A DNA stretch of 64,000 bases from Gnetum montanum. Taxonomy: Eukaryota > Plantae > Gnetophyta. Under the pieces are notes generated by a model. It was not told where the DNA came from. It did no database searches and saw only the letters and a program-made list of their open reading frames with translations. How positions within the stretch are numbered: position 1 is the first letter of the stretch; each line of letters opens with the position of its first letter. The stretch is taken from positions 21,686-85,685 of the forward strand of contig MNCI01000577.1 of NCBI GenBank assembly GCA_015680685.1, written 5' to 3'. The translations under genes and the position numbers were made by a program. Below are positions 39,142-52,269 of this stretch, in pieces.

Positions 39142-42002
39142 ATGGTACTAAAAGGCAAACACATGTAAGAAGGACCATCTCAACCAAGGGAGAAATGGCC
39201 TAGGATGAGAAGGGACCAAGAATAGGCCAAGGAAGGACCAATTGTAACCCATGCCATGGGACCTATTAGGGAGTAGGTTGAAGTGGAATCTATTTGTCAA
39301 ATTCCCAAACAAGTAGTAGAAATAGAACATTTCCATTGGGGTGAGGCATCAGCTCAACAAATGAACCTTGAGGTAACTTTGATAGAATCCTTCCTAAACT
39401 AGATCAGATCAAGGGAGGTATAGAAGATGGTGCTCTAGGAGTTAAACTTTGACTCTTTTCTAGAGCAAGTACCTAAAGAGGTATAGGACCAACTAAAGAC
39501 CTTCCCCATGTGGCTAATTATCACTTCCAACAAGGAAGAGGTATATGGGAGAGATTTTCCTATTTTGGAACAACAAGGAGACCAATTCAATGGTTAATAT
39601 TAAAGATATTTTAGTGTTCTACTCAGTGAAAGCTATTGTAGAGGTACCTAGGTTGCTTAAAACTACGGTGAATCATACCTTCCAATGTAGGTAGACCCAA
39701 ATATCAAAAATAAATGGATTCATTGATGCTATGTTGTTAACCACAAGGAGTATGACATGATTACATTAGTAGAAAGAATCCACTATAAGATTCTGGCCTT
39801 TTGTCTAAACCTCATGATACGGCCTGGCAAGATCACTATCTTGTTTTCCTCATGTGTGTGCTACTATAAGTAGAAGATTCCCCATGAACATTGTACAACT
39901 AATCTATCTAGAGCTAGAGAAGTGATTCAAGAAGAATGAATGTGGAAGGAAGGCACATCCCTTCCCATGCCTTATTAGAAAACTATGTAGAAGAGGAGGA
40001 ATAGTTTGCTATACTACCAATGTTTTTTGACATGTTGTGATCACTGATTGGGTGGAGATGATGAAGGACAATACTCCTACAATGATAATCCAAGAAGAGG
40101 AGCAGTAGCCACCACCTCCACCTACCACTTAGAAAATTGTGTTGGATATTGTTGTAACATCCCAACAGTTGCATGACTACCAAGAATGGATCTTGAGTGA
40201 GAAAGAGCAATAAGTAGGCACAAGTAGTGGAGAAACATCTATGTACTAGCCAAAGATGAGTCACCTAAATGAGATGTCTTGAATAGTTATCCTAATGGAG
40301 GAAGGTGGATCCATTTTCTTTGTCCAATACATGAAATTGTTCATGAGGTTGAATCCTAGCACCAAAGATGTAAGGGTATCTTTCTCAGAATAGCAGTAAC
40401 TCTTAGAGATTTCTAGAAATGCTGCAACATTCTTGATGTGCTTGAAGGAGGATGAGGGGGAAAAAATGCTAGTGATGCAACACCAAGAACAAGAAATAGT
40501 ATTTGAGGTGGTTGCTAATAGAATCACCAAAACACTTAATGTACCTACAACATATATACCAGATATCACTACACTTAAAGATGTGTAGACATCCTTAGGG
40601 ATCATAAGTAGTAGATTAAGCATAGTATAACATGAATAACTACTAGACCTATTGGTAGGAACTAGGCAACTATTTTTGGATGTCTTTGACCTTATAGATA
40701 ATATAACTACAACCCAATTAGAGTTGCTAGATGCAAGGGGCAAGAACATTATTTTATAAGGGCAACTTCAAATAGCCAAAAAATTGAATGAACACTTGGT
40801 TGCAGAAGTTGCTAAATTGAAATCCCAGATTACCAACCCTACATTTCTCAACCTAGCATTCACACGAGATGAAGCTCTTGAATAGCTTCACACTAGGCTA
40901 AAAGGGGTTGCGAGTGTAATGGAAACAATAGTGTTCTATTGATCCTTGGTAGAGGCCACCTAGCATAAAATTCAAAAGGCATTGAATCTAACCCACCAGA
41001 AGAATGTCCAACTAACTAAAGAAATCCATCATCTACAAAATGTTGATGTGCATAAATAATAATTGGCTAATTTTATCCATCAATAGTAGTTGTATCTTAC
41101 CAAAGTAAGCACAAAGTTAAGAAGATTAGCAACTAAGGATTGAAACATCTCAATGGAGGAGGTCCATGCCCTTCACTAAAAGACTACAATAGAGGTAGCT
41201 ACCTATGAATTAGAGGCTCCCAAAATTGAGAGAGTCAAGGATTACTACAAAGACCAAGTTGGCCTAAAAAAGGAAATAAATGAAAAGCACATTCAAGTGG
41301 AAAACGCAAAGGTGAACGAGACTCTCCAACAACTCCAACAAGAATGTGAATTATGGTAGCCCATCATTGATGGGATTAATCAATACAGTAAAGTAGAAAT
41401 TCACTTGAAGGAGTTACAAATAGAGGAAATAATAGAATATATGTAGCTTGACAATCTCTAGTACATAAAGCTAGCTACATTGATTGCTAGATAGCTGTAG
41501 TCAAAACTAGAAAAGCGAGTGGCCAACTCATACTTATTGTACAAGGTTGAGTTCAAGCATCATAAGGACACCAAGCAAAAGCTTGTAGAGAAAAATTGTT
41601 GAACATAATGATCTCAAGGACAAATATACCAATCAAAAATCCACTTCAAAGAGCCTCACTAAAAGAATTGAATGACTACTAGAAGCTACAAAACACAGTT
41701 AGTGTGTTTTATGTTGAACTAAAAAATTCATTGTCTAGTTTGTCAACATCAAGAAGCTATTTCCAATAATGCCTTGTCCATGTGATATCCCCATTTGAAC
41801 CCACATTAGTAATGCGATGTGAACTATGAATGATTCCTAGAGCAAGGAGGATAAGATGAAGGTATTACTAGATTCCTTTCATCTTCCACTAGAGGCAGCA
41901 GCTACAGTAGGATAGCCATAGCTACCTTAACCACTATGCATGCCCAAAGCTAGCAAAGGACCTTCAAAACCTTAGGAACCTTCACAATTTGGGACCATTT
42001 GA
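39142..42002 (+). pseudogene. B1 3' accessory ORF (~950 codons, decayed), preceded by a 5'-UTR intron 38848-39141
   Basis: Colinear with 58297-61121; AAG|GTAAGC...CTAAT...TAG|ATG; E/K/L-rich C-terminal half suggests a coiled coil. Confidence 0.7.
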
Positions 42003-42238
42003 TCTTCTCAACTATCTTCATGCCATTAAAGGATGTGCTATCTAGTTTGAGTAGTCATGTCATGGTGTTTAATTTTGTGTCATGAACACCATAAATTTTT
42101 GTACTGATGTCGATCTTTACACTTGGGCACTCAATTTTGTTATGTTAGTTTGTTGTGTCAAGTGTCAGTAAATAATCCCATACCTTCCAAATTTTGTAAG
42201 GGAACTCGAGGATGAGTTTTTATTCTATATTGGGGATA

Positions 42239-43162
42239 TGATGAAGTGTCAAAGTGTCATGTTGATGAGGACCTATTAGCGTGGCCTCATCAATGAGTCT
42301 CCATTGACATGGCCTTGTTGATGTGGTTTTGCCTTGTTGATGGGGCCTCATTGATGTAACACTTGCTACATTTATGAGGCCTCATCGACATAGCTCCATA
42401 ATGAAGTCTATAAATACGCACTCACCCACCATGTTTATGGAATTTCGTATCATAGTTGTAGTAGAGCTCTTGTAGTTTTATCATATGGTATTTAGAATAT
42501 TTTTTTGAGTGCATGCAGTAGGAGTCAAAAAGAGTACAGATCTTCATTCAAGCACTAATGTACCTAAGCACATTATTGTGATTGGAAAAATTGATGAGCC
42601 TTTTAATCAAACTTTATAGCACTTGGAATAGATTAATGATTTATTTTTGCATTTATCATTTTTATTAATTACACAATTAATTAAGATAAGTAAGACTTCA
42701 ATTAATTAACTAATTAAGCTAAATATATCAAGCACATAAGTATGACCACTTCAAGCATAACACACATCACTTGGTAATCCCAACAACACTTAATGCTTGG
42801 CAACCTAGCAATGTTGTATGCATTCAAGATGTGTACAAAAAGTAGGACCAGATGCTTATGTTAGGATATTTAGTTATTAATTAGCAATTAGATTAGTTAA
42901 ATTGGTTAATAAATTGAGTTTCAACTTGTTATCAATCATACGTGAATAAAATATAAAATAATAAAAATCATGTGCCCCAATTACACTTCATCATACAATT
43001 AAGCTTTACAGGTGTAGTTGGGAAGACAATGATCATCACAATTAGATTTCACTTTCTAGAACCAACATACTTAGGAACTTAAGGTCTATGTAATTCAACT
43101 AAATTTCATGTGAATACTTGTAATTCATATGATTAGGCATAGGGTATACTCACCACTCATCA
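42239..43162 (+). repeat. B1 3' LTR
   Basis: TGATGAA...CTCATCA after purine tract GGGGATA; homologous to 51166-52031 and 61326-62189. Confidence 0.85.
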
Positions 43163-46100
43163 AACATGATCATTAAAATCCCATCTAATGAATTACTTTC
43201 TTGTTGGTGAATTTATTAAAGCGCAAAATCCATAAAATCCTAAAAATATTACTTGATGGAGTTTTCAAGGCTAATTTTTGAAGCATATAAGTTGATGATA
43301 TTGATGATCTCATTCTAAGAACAAGTATGATTCCCATAATATAATTACCATGTTGGTGTACTTGTACCACTTTATCTTTGTTAAATTAATCAATGGTAAT
43401 TCAATTATCATTTTACTGATTTTCTTTTCCTAGGTAGAAAATTTTATATTCTTGGCCTAAATCTTTAGCTTTCTTTCTTTTTCATATTCTTTCTTCAAGG
43501 TAATCAATGTTGATTCTTTGCCTTTCATGGTATAGGTAATTTCATGATCATTTTATTAAAAGTGTTAATGTTCTAGGTTGCTATCCAAAATTTCTGCCAC
43601 TAAACTTGCTTCTTTACTTACAATTGTCTTTTATTTGGGAACCATTATCTATTTTACATAAAATTTCAATGATAATGTTGCATATTATTTTTAGAGGATA
43701 CACTGAAGAGCCTTTATTTTTTCAATAAAAAACCTTGTGACTACTATACGTTGCATCTGAGGAATTCCCTAGCATTAACAATATCTAAAGATATTTCATC
43801 CATTAGATTTGGCATGGTTTTACATATAACTACAAACATGACGCTAAACATCCTTTTTTCGTATCTAAGTTTAGGACTGACATTAATGAAGTTCAATAGA
43901 GTCAGATGTGTTAGTAAAATTTACAAAGTAAATAAATGTTTTACCTTGTTTTCCTTTTGCTTCTTTAATGCAATATCTAATAGTAATCAAATGATCTAGA
44001 GTAACCATGCCTTCAATATGAAGATAGGATTTTTCAAAACCCTAATGTTTAGATCCCTTCTAGTTTGTAATATGAAAATATTAAAAGAAGAATCTAAACA
44101 TCTCAATCATGTTTTTAAGTTGAATAAGTAGTAACTCTTAAACCATTGAAAAGTCTTCAAATGATAGCATTGATAAAAAGCTTGCTAAAAAAATCACTTA
44201 AAGATCATATTAATGATAAAGAGTTACATGAAGATTGAATTAAGAATAAAGAAAATTATAAGAATATAATAGTAATATTAACATACCATGTAGGAATTTT
44301 GGATAAACTAGGAATATTATTAAGAAAAGAAAATATTAAAACCATATTTAAATCCATCAAAAAAATTAGTAATTGGTGCCCCCCTAAGAAAGATAGATTT
44401 AAGAGTTTTGATTGTAAGGTGTTTATTAGCTAGAGTGTTCTTGTAGAAAAGTATATACTAGAAAAGGTAGAAGAAGCATTCTAACCAAAACTAAAAGAAT
44501 GTAAAAGATACATACAACATAATAAAGCTGAAAAATGGTACAACATGTTAATAATAATTTCCCCATAGATAAAACCAGGTATACATGACACCTAATGAAA
44601 TGCAAAGTTTTCTTCAAGATAGAAAATTATCTAAAGAGAAAAACTAAGAAATCCATAAAAATTAAGTGATATCGTAATAATGTGAACAAAGATGGATTTA
44701 AGATTAATGAACAATGAAAATCATACATAATTAAGAAGGATTGCATATTATCTATAATTATGATTGCATTGTGTCATGTTTTCAAGATAGGGCAACACTA
44801 GATTTTAATTCTTTGTTTTGATAGAAAATAATGGTTGAAGACCTCTGGTGGCATGCATGGAAGAGCCTGATAAATGAATATTAGTGACTAATATTTTGGG
44901 TTCACCCATACAAATTGGCTTGCATTGGAATTTTCTATACAAAATGTCATCAAACTTGGTTATCTCAACCAACTACCCATAGACTCGCACATGCATTGCA
45001 TTAATAATATTTGCAATGGCATTGAAGTCATATTAGATAGGAAAATGGTAAAAGTTTTAAATATTTATTGATTAAGTTTAATGAATAGTAGGTGTAAATG
45101 CTATGAGTTCTGTAGGAAAGTACAAGAGTTCCTGATAGCAATGTACAAGTGTATAAGAATTCGAGAATAAATTTATCCTTGATATATAAAGGTGCCTATG
45201 GCTAGGGGCATTGGCATCGACATCTTGATAAGTGCATGTGACCAGGATGAGTTAGCATATCAGTATGTAGCAGATTGTAAGGTTTATGGAGCATTCAATG
45301 GTTTTACCTCACACCCTTAACTAACAGAGAGTTGATTCATGAGGCAAAAACTAAGGTGGCCAAGGAGGGCTTTCCCAAGCATCATCCCCACCTTTACTAT
45401 GATAATATCTATGTTGATGTCTATTTCCTCTTTCAAAAGTATTTTTTTGTCTCTTATTTTAAACTCTCATCGTTTTTGTCTTAGTGTCTTTTACCTTGAT
45501 TGCCAAGAATGAGTTTCAGTTTGATGTCTTAGTGTCTTTATTATGTTGGGCTATGAATAAACTATTGTAAAGTTAAGTTTGGCTCACCTTTACATGAATG
45601 TCTTTTAATATGTTCCATATGAGTGTCTTGTTACAATATTGTGTGAAACCTAGTCTATATCAATGTCATGTTGCAATGCTAATTTTATTCTGTGAAATTC
45701 GGTTGGTGATACTTCGTACACTACTAAAGTATATCATACTTGAGATACATTTCATATGAATGTCGTATTGCAAAGTTAAGTATGCGATGTGAGACTGGGT
45801 TAATTATACTTGCCATACCTTGTTTAAGATAATAAAAAAGTTTGTATTGTATTAAGTAACTATGCACTCAAGTAATATTTTCTTAAAATTTTTTTAGTTA
45901 AAAAATTTTCAATTACTTTTTATTTAATAATACTTGAAAAGCCTCACCGATATAATAAAGCCCAATTTTATACAAAAATATGCTAATTTAATAATGATTA
46001 AATTTGTGGGTTAACTTCATAACAAATATTGGCTCTATAAGTTCATTTAAATTTTAGTAATTTTTTTAGACTTATATAAAATTGTTTTCAAAAAAGAAAG

Positions 46101-47439
46101 GGATTTGTTGTAACTTTTTGTCATTACTCACCCAATATAACCTAGAATAAAATTGTATCACTATGTAATTGATGAATTGGTTAATAATTTCCTTTCAACA
46201 TGCATGTTTTAAGGCAGGAGACATTGTATGTTTGATAAAATCATAATCCTATTTCTTAATAGTTAGAAAATACAAAAGACTAATAGTTTGATAACTTTAA
46301 CAATAATATAAAAGGTCAAGCAATACATTCTATAAAGGAATTAAAATGTAAGTTTGAAATTTTATATAGGTAGTAATAAGCTAGTTTTGAAAGCGAGTCA
46401 ATCATAATCAAAGAAAGAAAAAGTGAAACCAAAATTATTTAGACCATTTTCAATAGATTTTAAATAGTTTCTTTCACCAAAATAAAGCTAAAGTGTAATT
46501 GAAACTCTTAACGATTTTCCAGATTTCAGAAAAAAAAATACTATCTATCAAGACCTATTATCAATACAACATTTTCTTTAACATTTTAATTTCAAGTTCC
46601 TTATTCCTTTACTTTTAGCATTGAATAATAAGAAACTAAGTATAGGGTCCTAAGTTGTGCATGAGAGAGGAAAAAAATCTTAGGGAGTTTCCTTATTTTT
46701 CTTAAATGGGCAAACTTTAGCTATACACATTTATGGTGTACAAAAAATTTTAATACTTTCATTTGAAGACAGTTTATGTAATGTCAAATTCTATGTAAGG
46801 CATCATCCAAAGGTACTTTCTTACCAAAATTTATTTATATAATATTTATTATAATTAAAAATAAACTCTGAATTCTAGTTTATTAATAAAAACTCACAAA
46901 GGGTATGGCCTAGGTAGGGTTAGGGTCCAAAATGCTTCATGAATAGAGTATTATATATTCACATATTCATAGTAAAGAATAAAATATACATAGCCAAATA
47001 CTTGTAAAGGCATGATAATTGATAGAAAGAAAAACTTGGAGGGATAATTGGATTTCAACATTTAATCATAATATATACAGAAAACCTATGACTAAGTTGC
47101 AATAGTAGTAAAAGTAAAGGATACAAAACTTTAACAACATACTCTAGCACTCAGATTATATTCACTTATGTCATAACAATAATGAAAGTAAGAAAATTAA
47201 AAATAACCTATTGAAATGTATCTAATGATATTAAATAATTAAATACATGCATTAAATTAAATAATTAAACCTATAAAAATAGTAGGTTTTGAAAACACTC
47301 CATATAGTTATTCATTCTTTTAGAGCTATTGTTAATAGTAGTGTGTAATTTAAGTGAAAATCAACATACCAATAAAATCTTGTAGGGAATCCAATTTATC
47401 AAACTTGAGATAAAAATCAACATATTAAAGACTTATTTG

Positions 47440-48420
47440 TAAGAATTTTTGAATGTATAAAGCATGGTGATGAATTTAGATGTGGCTTCAATTAACACCA
47501 AAAGGTTTAAAAAGTGGTTGTATCACTATAAAATGATCAAAGATATTTTCGCATGATGATGAATTTCCTTCAAAGAAAAAAATTCAAGCAACTTATAGTT
47601 GATGATCTAGTCTCATAAATCAGAACACCAAAAAGCCTAAAGATAGATAAAAATGATGAAGAATCAGCTTTTATTGCTAGTCAAGGAAGAGAAAAAATTA
47701 ATAGAATAAATTCAAAAGATAAAAAATTTGATAATAATCAAAACATGATAGAGACTTCCATTAAAGATATAAGATGCAAAGTCGCTAGAAGAAGGATATA
47801 GAGAAACTAAAATCAAAGAAATATATAACCAAATAACTCTTCCAATTATTTTTTAAATTTTCCAAAAGGAAAGTAATGCTAGAAATTCTTGCCACACAAT
47901 AAATGTGCTTTGACATGCTTCAAGTCCAAGACAATAAACAAGATGAGTCATCAAATTCAACCCAAGAAGATAATCAAGGCAATTACAAAGCTTTTAAATT
48001 TAGTACAAAAATTAAACAAGAATCAAGGATAGTAGACAACAGATGTTTAAACCACCTAACTCCTCACAAATCCTATCTTCTTAGCTACCAAACCAACAAA
48101 ATTGGAAACATCAAAATTAGTGATAATAAGTTTTTTAATATAGAAGAAGTAGAACATTACATTGTAAGAATTCCAAACAAAAAAATCATAGCTTGTAAAA
48201 TTTTTTTAAGAGGTTGCACATTCTTTTAAAAATTGAAAGGGATTAGCTTCTAGAAATGAAGATCTATTATAAACCTCTTGCTAACATAACTTCTTCAACA
48301 AGTAAACTAAATTTGAGTGATTCAAAGATTTGCAAATGGATTAAGGAAGTGATGAGCTCCAAACTATTCACATCATATGATAAGTTTATTTGAATGTTGC
48401 ATCGAAAGATTAAATGTAGT
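47440..48420 (+). pseudogene. Heavily decayed Ty1/Copia gag-protease remnant
   Basis: RIVDNRCLNHLTPHKSYLLSY..GNIKISDNK resembles the Copia WxxDSGxxxHMT..GxVxxGD motif; ESAFIAS upstream. Confidence 0.6.
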
Positions 48421-50476
48421 TTTACAAATGTTAAAAGTAATTTGGTTGATTTTTCTCTTTCCTAGAAATGAATAATAAAATTTATACTTGTGTTAAGGAT
48501 AAGAAATTGTTGTTGAAGAATTTGATTAACTTAGAGAGAAAGCTAAACTTGATTCTTTTGACTTGAGGTTGAATATTCTAATGTTCTTTCACTTATTTTG
48601 CAAACATAAGTAAGAAGAATATTTAGGAATTAAATCTTATTTTATCCATACTCACCTCATTATCTAAGATAATGACAAGAGGTAAATTAAAGATTTTCCA
48701 ACCATCAATCACCAGTTCTAACCAGGATCACATAAAGTAAAACTCATATCTAGTTACCCAAGTGAAGGTATGGAAAATTATTATTTCCCACTTGTATTAC
48801 CATAAATACTTTACTTACCTAATTAAAATATAAATTAAAAAATAAAAAAAAATAGGAAGGTCATGAATAAAAGTAAGGTTAAGAGTCTCTGTAATCTTGA
48901 TCAACCTCAGGTCTTAATGTAAGTAGTTATAGTCTTCTCATTTGAGGTATATGATTAGATGGTCTTGGTCTGGATGGTGAGGCTTGATCTTGCTTCTCAA
49001 TTTCATCCTTAGGAATTAATTCTAGATGCTTGATAACTTAAAAGAATTGAGTATCATACCATATATAGTTTAGGATCTTGATAAAGAATGTTGTTGACCC
49101 ATCCTTATTAGTCATTGTAGCATAATTAGTGAATTGTGAGTACTATTCATTAACATCATCTATTCTTGAATTCTAGGATTTGACTTATCTATTAAAAATT
49201 CAAATTAAAATATGCATTAGCTAATAGAATTGCATGTTGAAGGAATGAGAACATCCTTTTCAAATTGAGTTCCTCTTTCACAAGACCTATTACCTATCCA
49301 TATTTTAAGAATTGATATATACTACTTCTAAATTTTTCATTTAAGTCCTTATAGATAACAAATGAAACTAGATTAAGATTGGTATGGATAAGAAATAACT
49401 TATTCTTCAATATTTCCTTAATTTGTTTAATCATGTAGGTCACTTGAGAAAGTCTAACATCTAGACATATTAATTTTGCAATTAAATGTATGTTGATCAC
49501 ACATACACATATTTCTAATAACTATCTTTTGAATAGAAATTCCAAGGCTATAGGCTTCTCCAAAATCTTGGTTGTTCTTTCTTCTCCATGACCTCAAGTT
49601 TTTGAATTTTGAAAATGATATCTTCTAATCTCCATTGAGCTTAATTTTTTATATAAAATATTGCATAATCATCCATGTTGTGATTGGTGTAATAGGATAA
49701 TTTTTATGACTTGAAAGAAGAACTACCTTAGAGAAAATTTTCTTATAAATACCTTTGTATTTTAATTTTTTTAAATTAGGTTGGAATTGGTATAAGAATT
49801 CCCATGACAACACTTCTTGAAGATACAAGAAATCAGCATTCAAATCTTGTAATTCTGGTAGGATGCGTAGGTATTGTTACTTGTGTCAATCCAAGGTCAA
49901 AGATGGACATAGAAAATGTTATCTTTAATTGACTAAAAACCTTTAAAACACATTGTATGTTACAACTTTTATTATTATTGTTAGATTCACTCTTGGATCA
50001 TTTCTCTTCATAGATATCATACACCTTATAAAAACAAGATTACTGTTATCCATGATGTTTTTCTATAAGATTTGGTTATAGCCTAAGTTGGTATACATCT
50101 TCATGACCATTTTCGTTCATCAACTAATTCTCAACTAACTAATCAATTTTTTTGATTTATAACAGTTAGCTACATTACCTAAACTCTTAACAATCTTTCT
50201 ACCTCCCTTAGACCGTTGACTTTGCAAGTGTAACTAATGGCATACTAGGGATAAATGACATAAGACTATCTATCTGTAGAGGCTAAGCACCTAATCATAA
50301 GGTTGGAGATAACCAAAGAGGTTAGATTTGTTAGTTTTAACAATTACGTTAGTAGGCATGATTAGTTAGTCTAAGTTATAACCTTTTAAGGCATGGTTTA
50401 AGATATCAACTAATTATCAGGTACTCAAATTATCAATCTAATGTCATGATTAAGTTCATAAAATTAAAAATTATTT

Positions 50477-50965
50477 AAAATGACTATTCATATGTTAGAT
50501 AGGAACACCATATATCCAAGTTATGCTAAATTGGATCTTCAAGGATCTTAAGGCATAGTTTTGAGGAAAGGAGTAAAAACTAATTTTCACGACTTTGTGG
50601 GATAGATCTAACTTTGCCATTCTATTTGAAAAACTAAAATTTGTTGGAAACAACTCTTCATTTGCCAAAAAAAAGCTTCCAAAGTCAAAAGTTATGGCTT
50701 CTAAAACTAAAAACTTCAAAAAGCTAAAAAATGTTAAAAATGACTATTCATATGTTAGATACAAACATCATATGCCCAAGTTATGCTAAATTAAGTCTTC
50801 AATGATCTTGAGACATAGTTTTTCGGCAATGGGTAAAAACTAATTTTTAGAGTAGGTAAATCTGACTTTGTCATTATATTCGAAAGATTGAAATTTATTG
50901 GAAGCAACTCTTCATTAATTAAAAAGGCTCTTGAAATTAAAAGTTATGGCTTCTAAAGTATAAAA
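50477..50965. repeat. Diverged ~260-bp tandem duplication
   Basis: aaaatgactattcatatgttagat...caactcttcat...aaaagttatggcttctaaa twice (~50477 and ~50737). Confidence 0.85.
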
Positions 50966-51165
50966 GTTTGTGCATAAAATTTGAAACTTTCCAATAGCTT
51001 CTTGACAGGTCACCCTTCTCAATACTACTCTAGGACAAGCACACTTAATTACAACATTTTGATCTAGATTACTACCAACCTATCAATTTATATTATTTTT
51101 TAGATTTTTTCATTTTTTTTATTTGAATTTTTTTCATCCTAAACATTGTAATTTAAATTTCTTGA

Positions 51166-52031
51166 TGATGAACCATCATGATTGGCCATGTTGACATGAT
51201 GTCATCAACAAAACCTTGTTGATATGGAGTTTAACCCATTGATGTGTACCTATCAATGGGGCCCCTTATTTTTGCCTATAAATGTGCATCTTTAGCTACA
51301 TGTATGGACTTAGATTTCATAGTTGTCGCAAAGTGTTTGCATTTTTCCTTCTTGAGAGTTAGAATATTTTTCTAGGTGCCCACAGTAGGAGTTAAAAGGT
51401 GTATAGATCTTTATTCAAGCACTATTGTATTTGAGCACTTTAATGTGTGTGGTAATAAAGATGAGCTTTCTTATAAACCTTACAGTACTTTGGAATAGAT
51501 TAGTTACTTTCTTTATGCATTTAATATTTTAAAAAAATTTCTTTAATGTTTTAAGTAATTAATTAATTAAAATCTATTCAATAGGAATTAATTAAAACAC
51601 ATAAGTACAACCACTTGTAGCATAGGTGTAATGCTTCATAATCTTATAAATACTTAACATTTGGTAACCCAGTAGCATTATACATGTCTAGGATATGTAT
51701 AGCAAGTGAGAATAGATGCTTATGTTAAGATTAGTTAAGTGTTAAATAGTTAGAATAAATTAGCAATTAAATATCTTTATTTATTATTTTTTATTCGTAG
51801 GCAACTTAGAATATAAAACATAAAAATGATAAAAATCATATGTCCCAATTATACTTAAGCATACCCTTGTACTCACAAGTGTAACTAGGAAGACAATGAT
51901 TACAATTGTTAGTTTCACCTCCTAGAGACTAGTGTACTTAAAATACTAGAATTCCATGAAATTCAACTGTATTTTGCATGAACACTAAGTGATTTGTATG
52001 TTTGGATGTAGGGTATACTCGTTGCTCATCA
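51166..52031 (+). repeat. B2 5' LTR
   Basis: TGATGAA...CTCATCA; internal CTATAAAT. Confidence 0.85.
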
Positions 52032-52032
52032 T

Positions 52033-52050
52033 TGGCATTGTTACTATGGA
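52033..52050 (+). promoter_or_regulatory. B2 PBS, decayed tRNA-Asp-like (Athila type)
   Basis: TGGCATTGTTACTATGGA versus Athila TGGCGCCGTTGCCGGGGA; differences are mostly C>T/G>A. Confidence 0.55.
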
Positions 52051-52269
52051 CTTGTATTTCACTACGTGTGCTCTCTAGGACTTAGTAGAAATTTTTTAAG
52101 ATCATTTGAATGAACATGAAAGTTAGAATTCTTCGAATAATAATAATTATTATAATTAAAGAACACTATTATATTTCTTCTGATTGAAAATTTCATCTTC
52201 TCACAGGCATGATGAATCAAAACCACGAATGCCCTCAGAATTAAATGTGGTATATACTCATTTAAATGA

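Larger units (their letters stand above)
32290..43162 (+). mobile_element. Athila-like Ty3/Gypsy element B1, 5'-truncated and decayed
   Basis: gag, protease, RT (FFMDDF), RH (NYTTMEKE), INT with GPY, no aRH; 3' ORF; 3' LTR. Confidence 0.85.

Noticed and set aside
49294-49500. Caulimovirid RNase H fragment
   Set aside because: Only a weak FLIHT resemblance with no supporting flanking motifs
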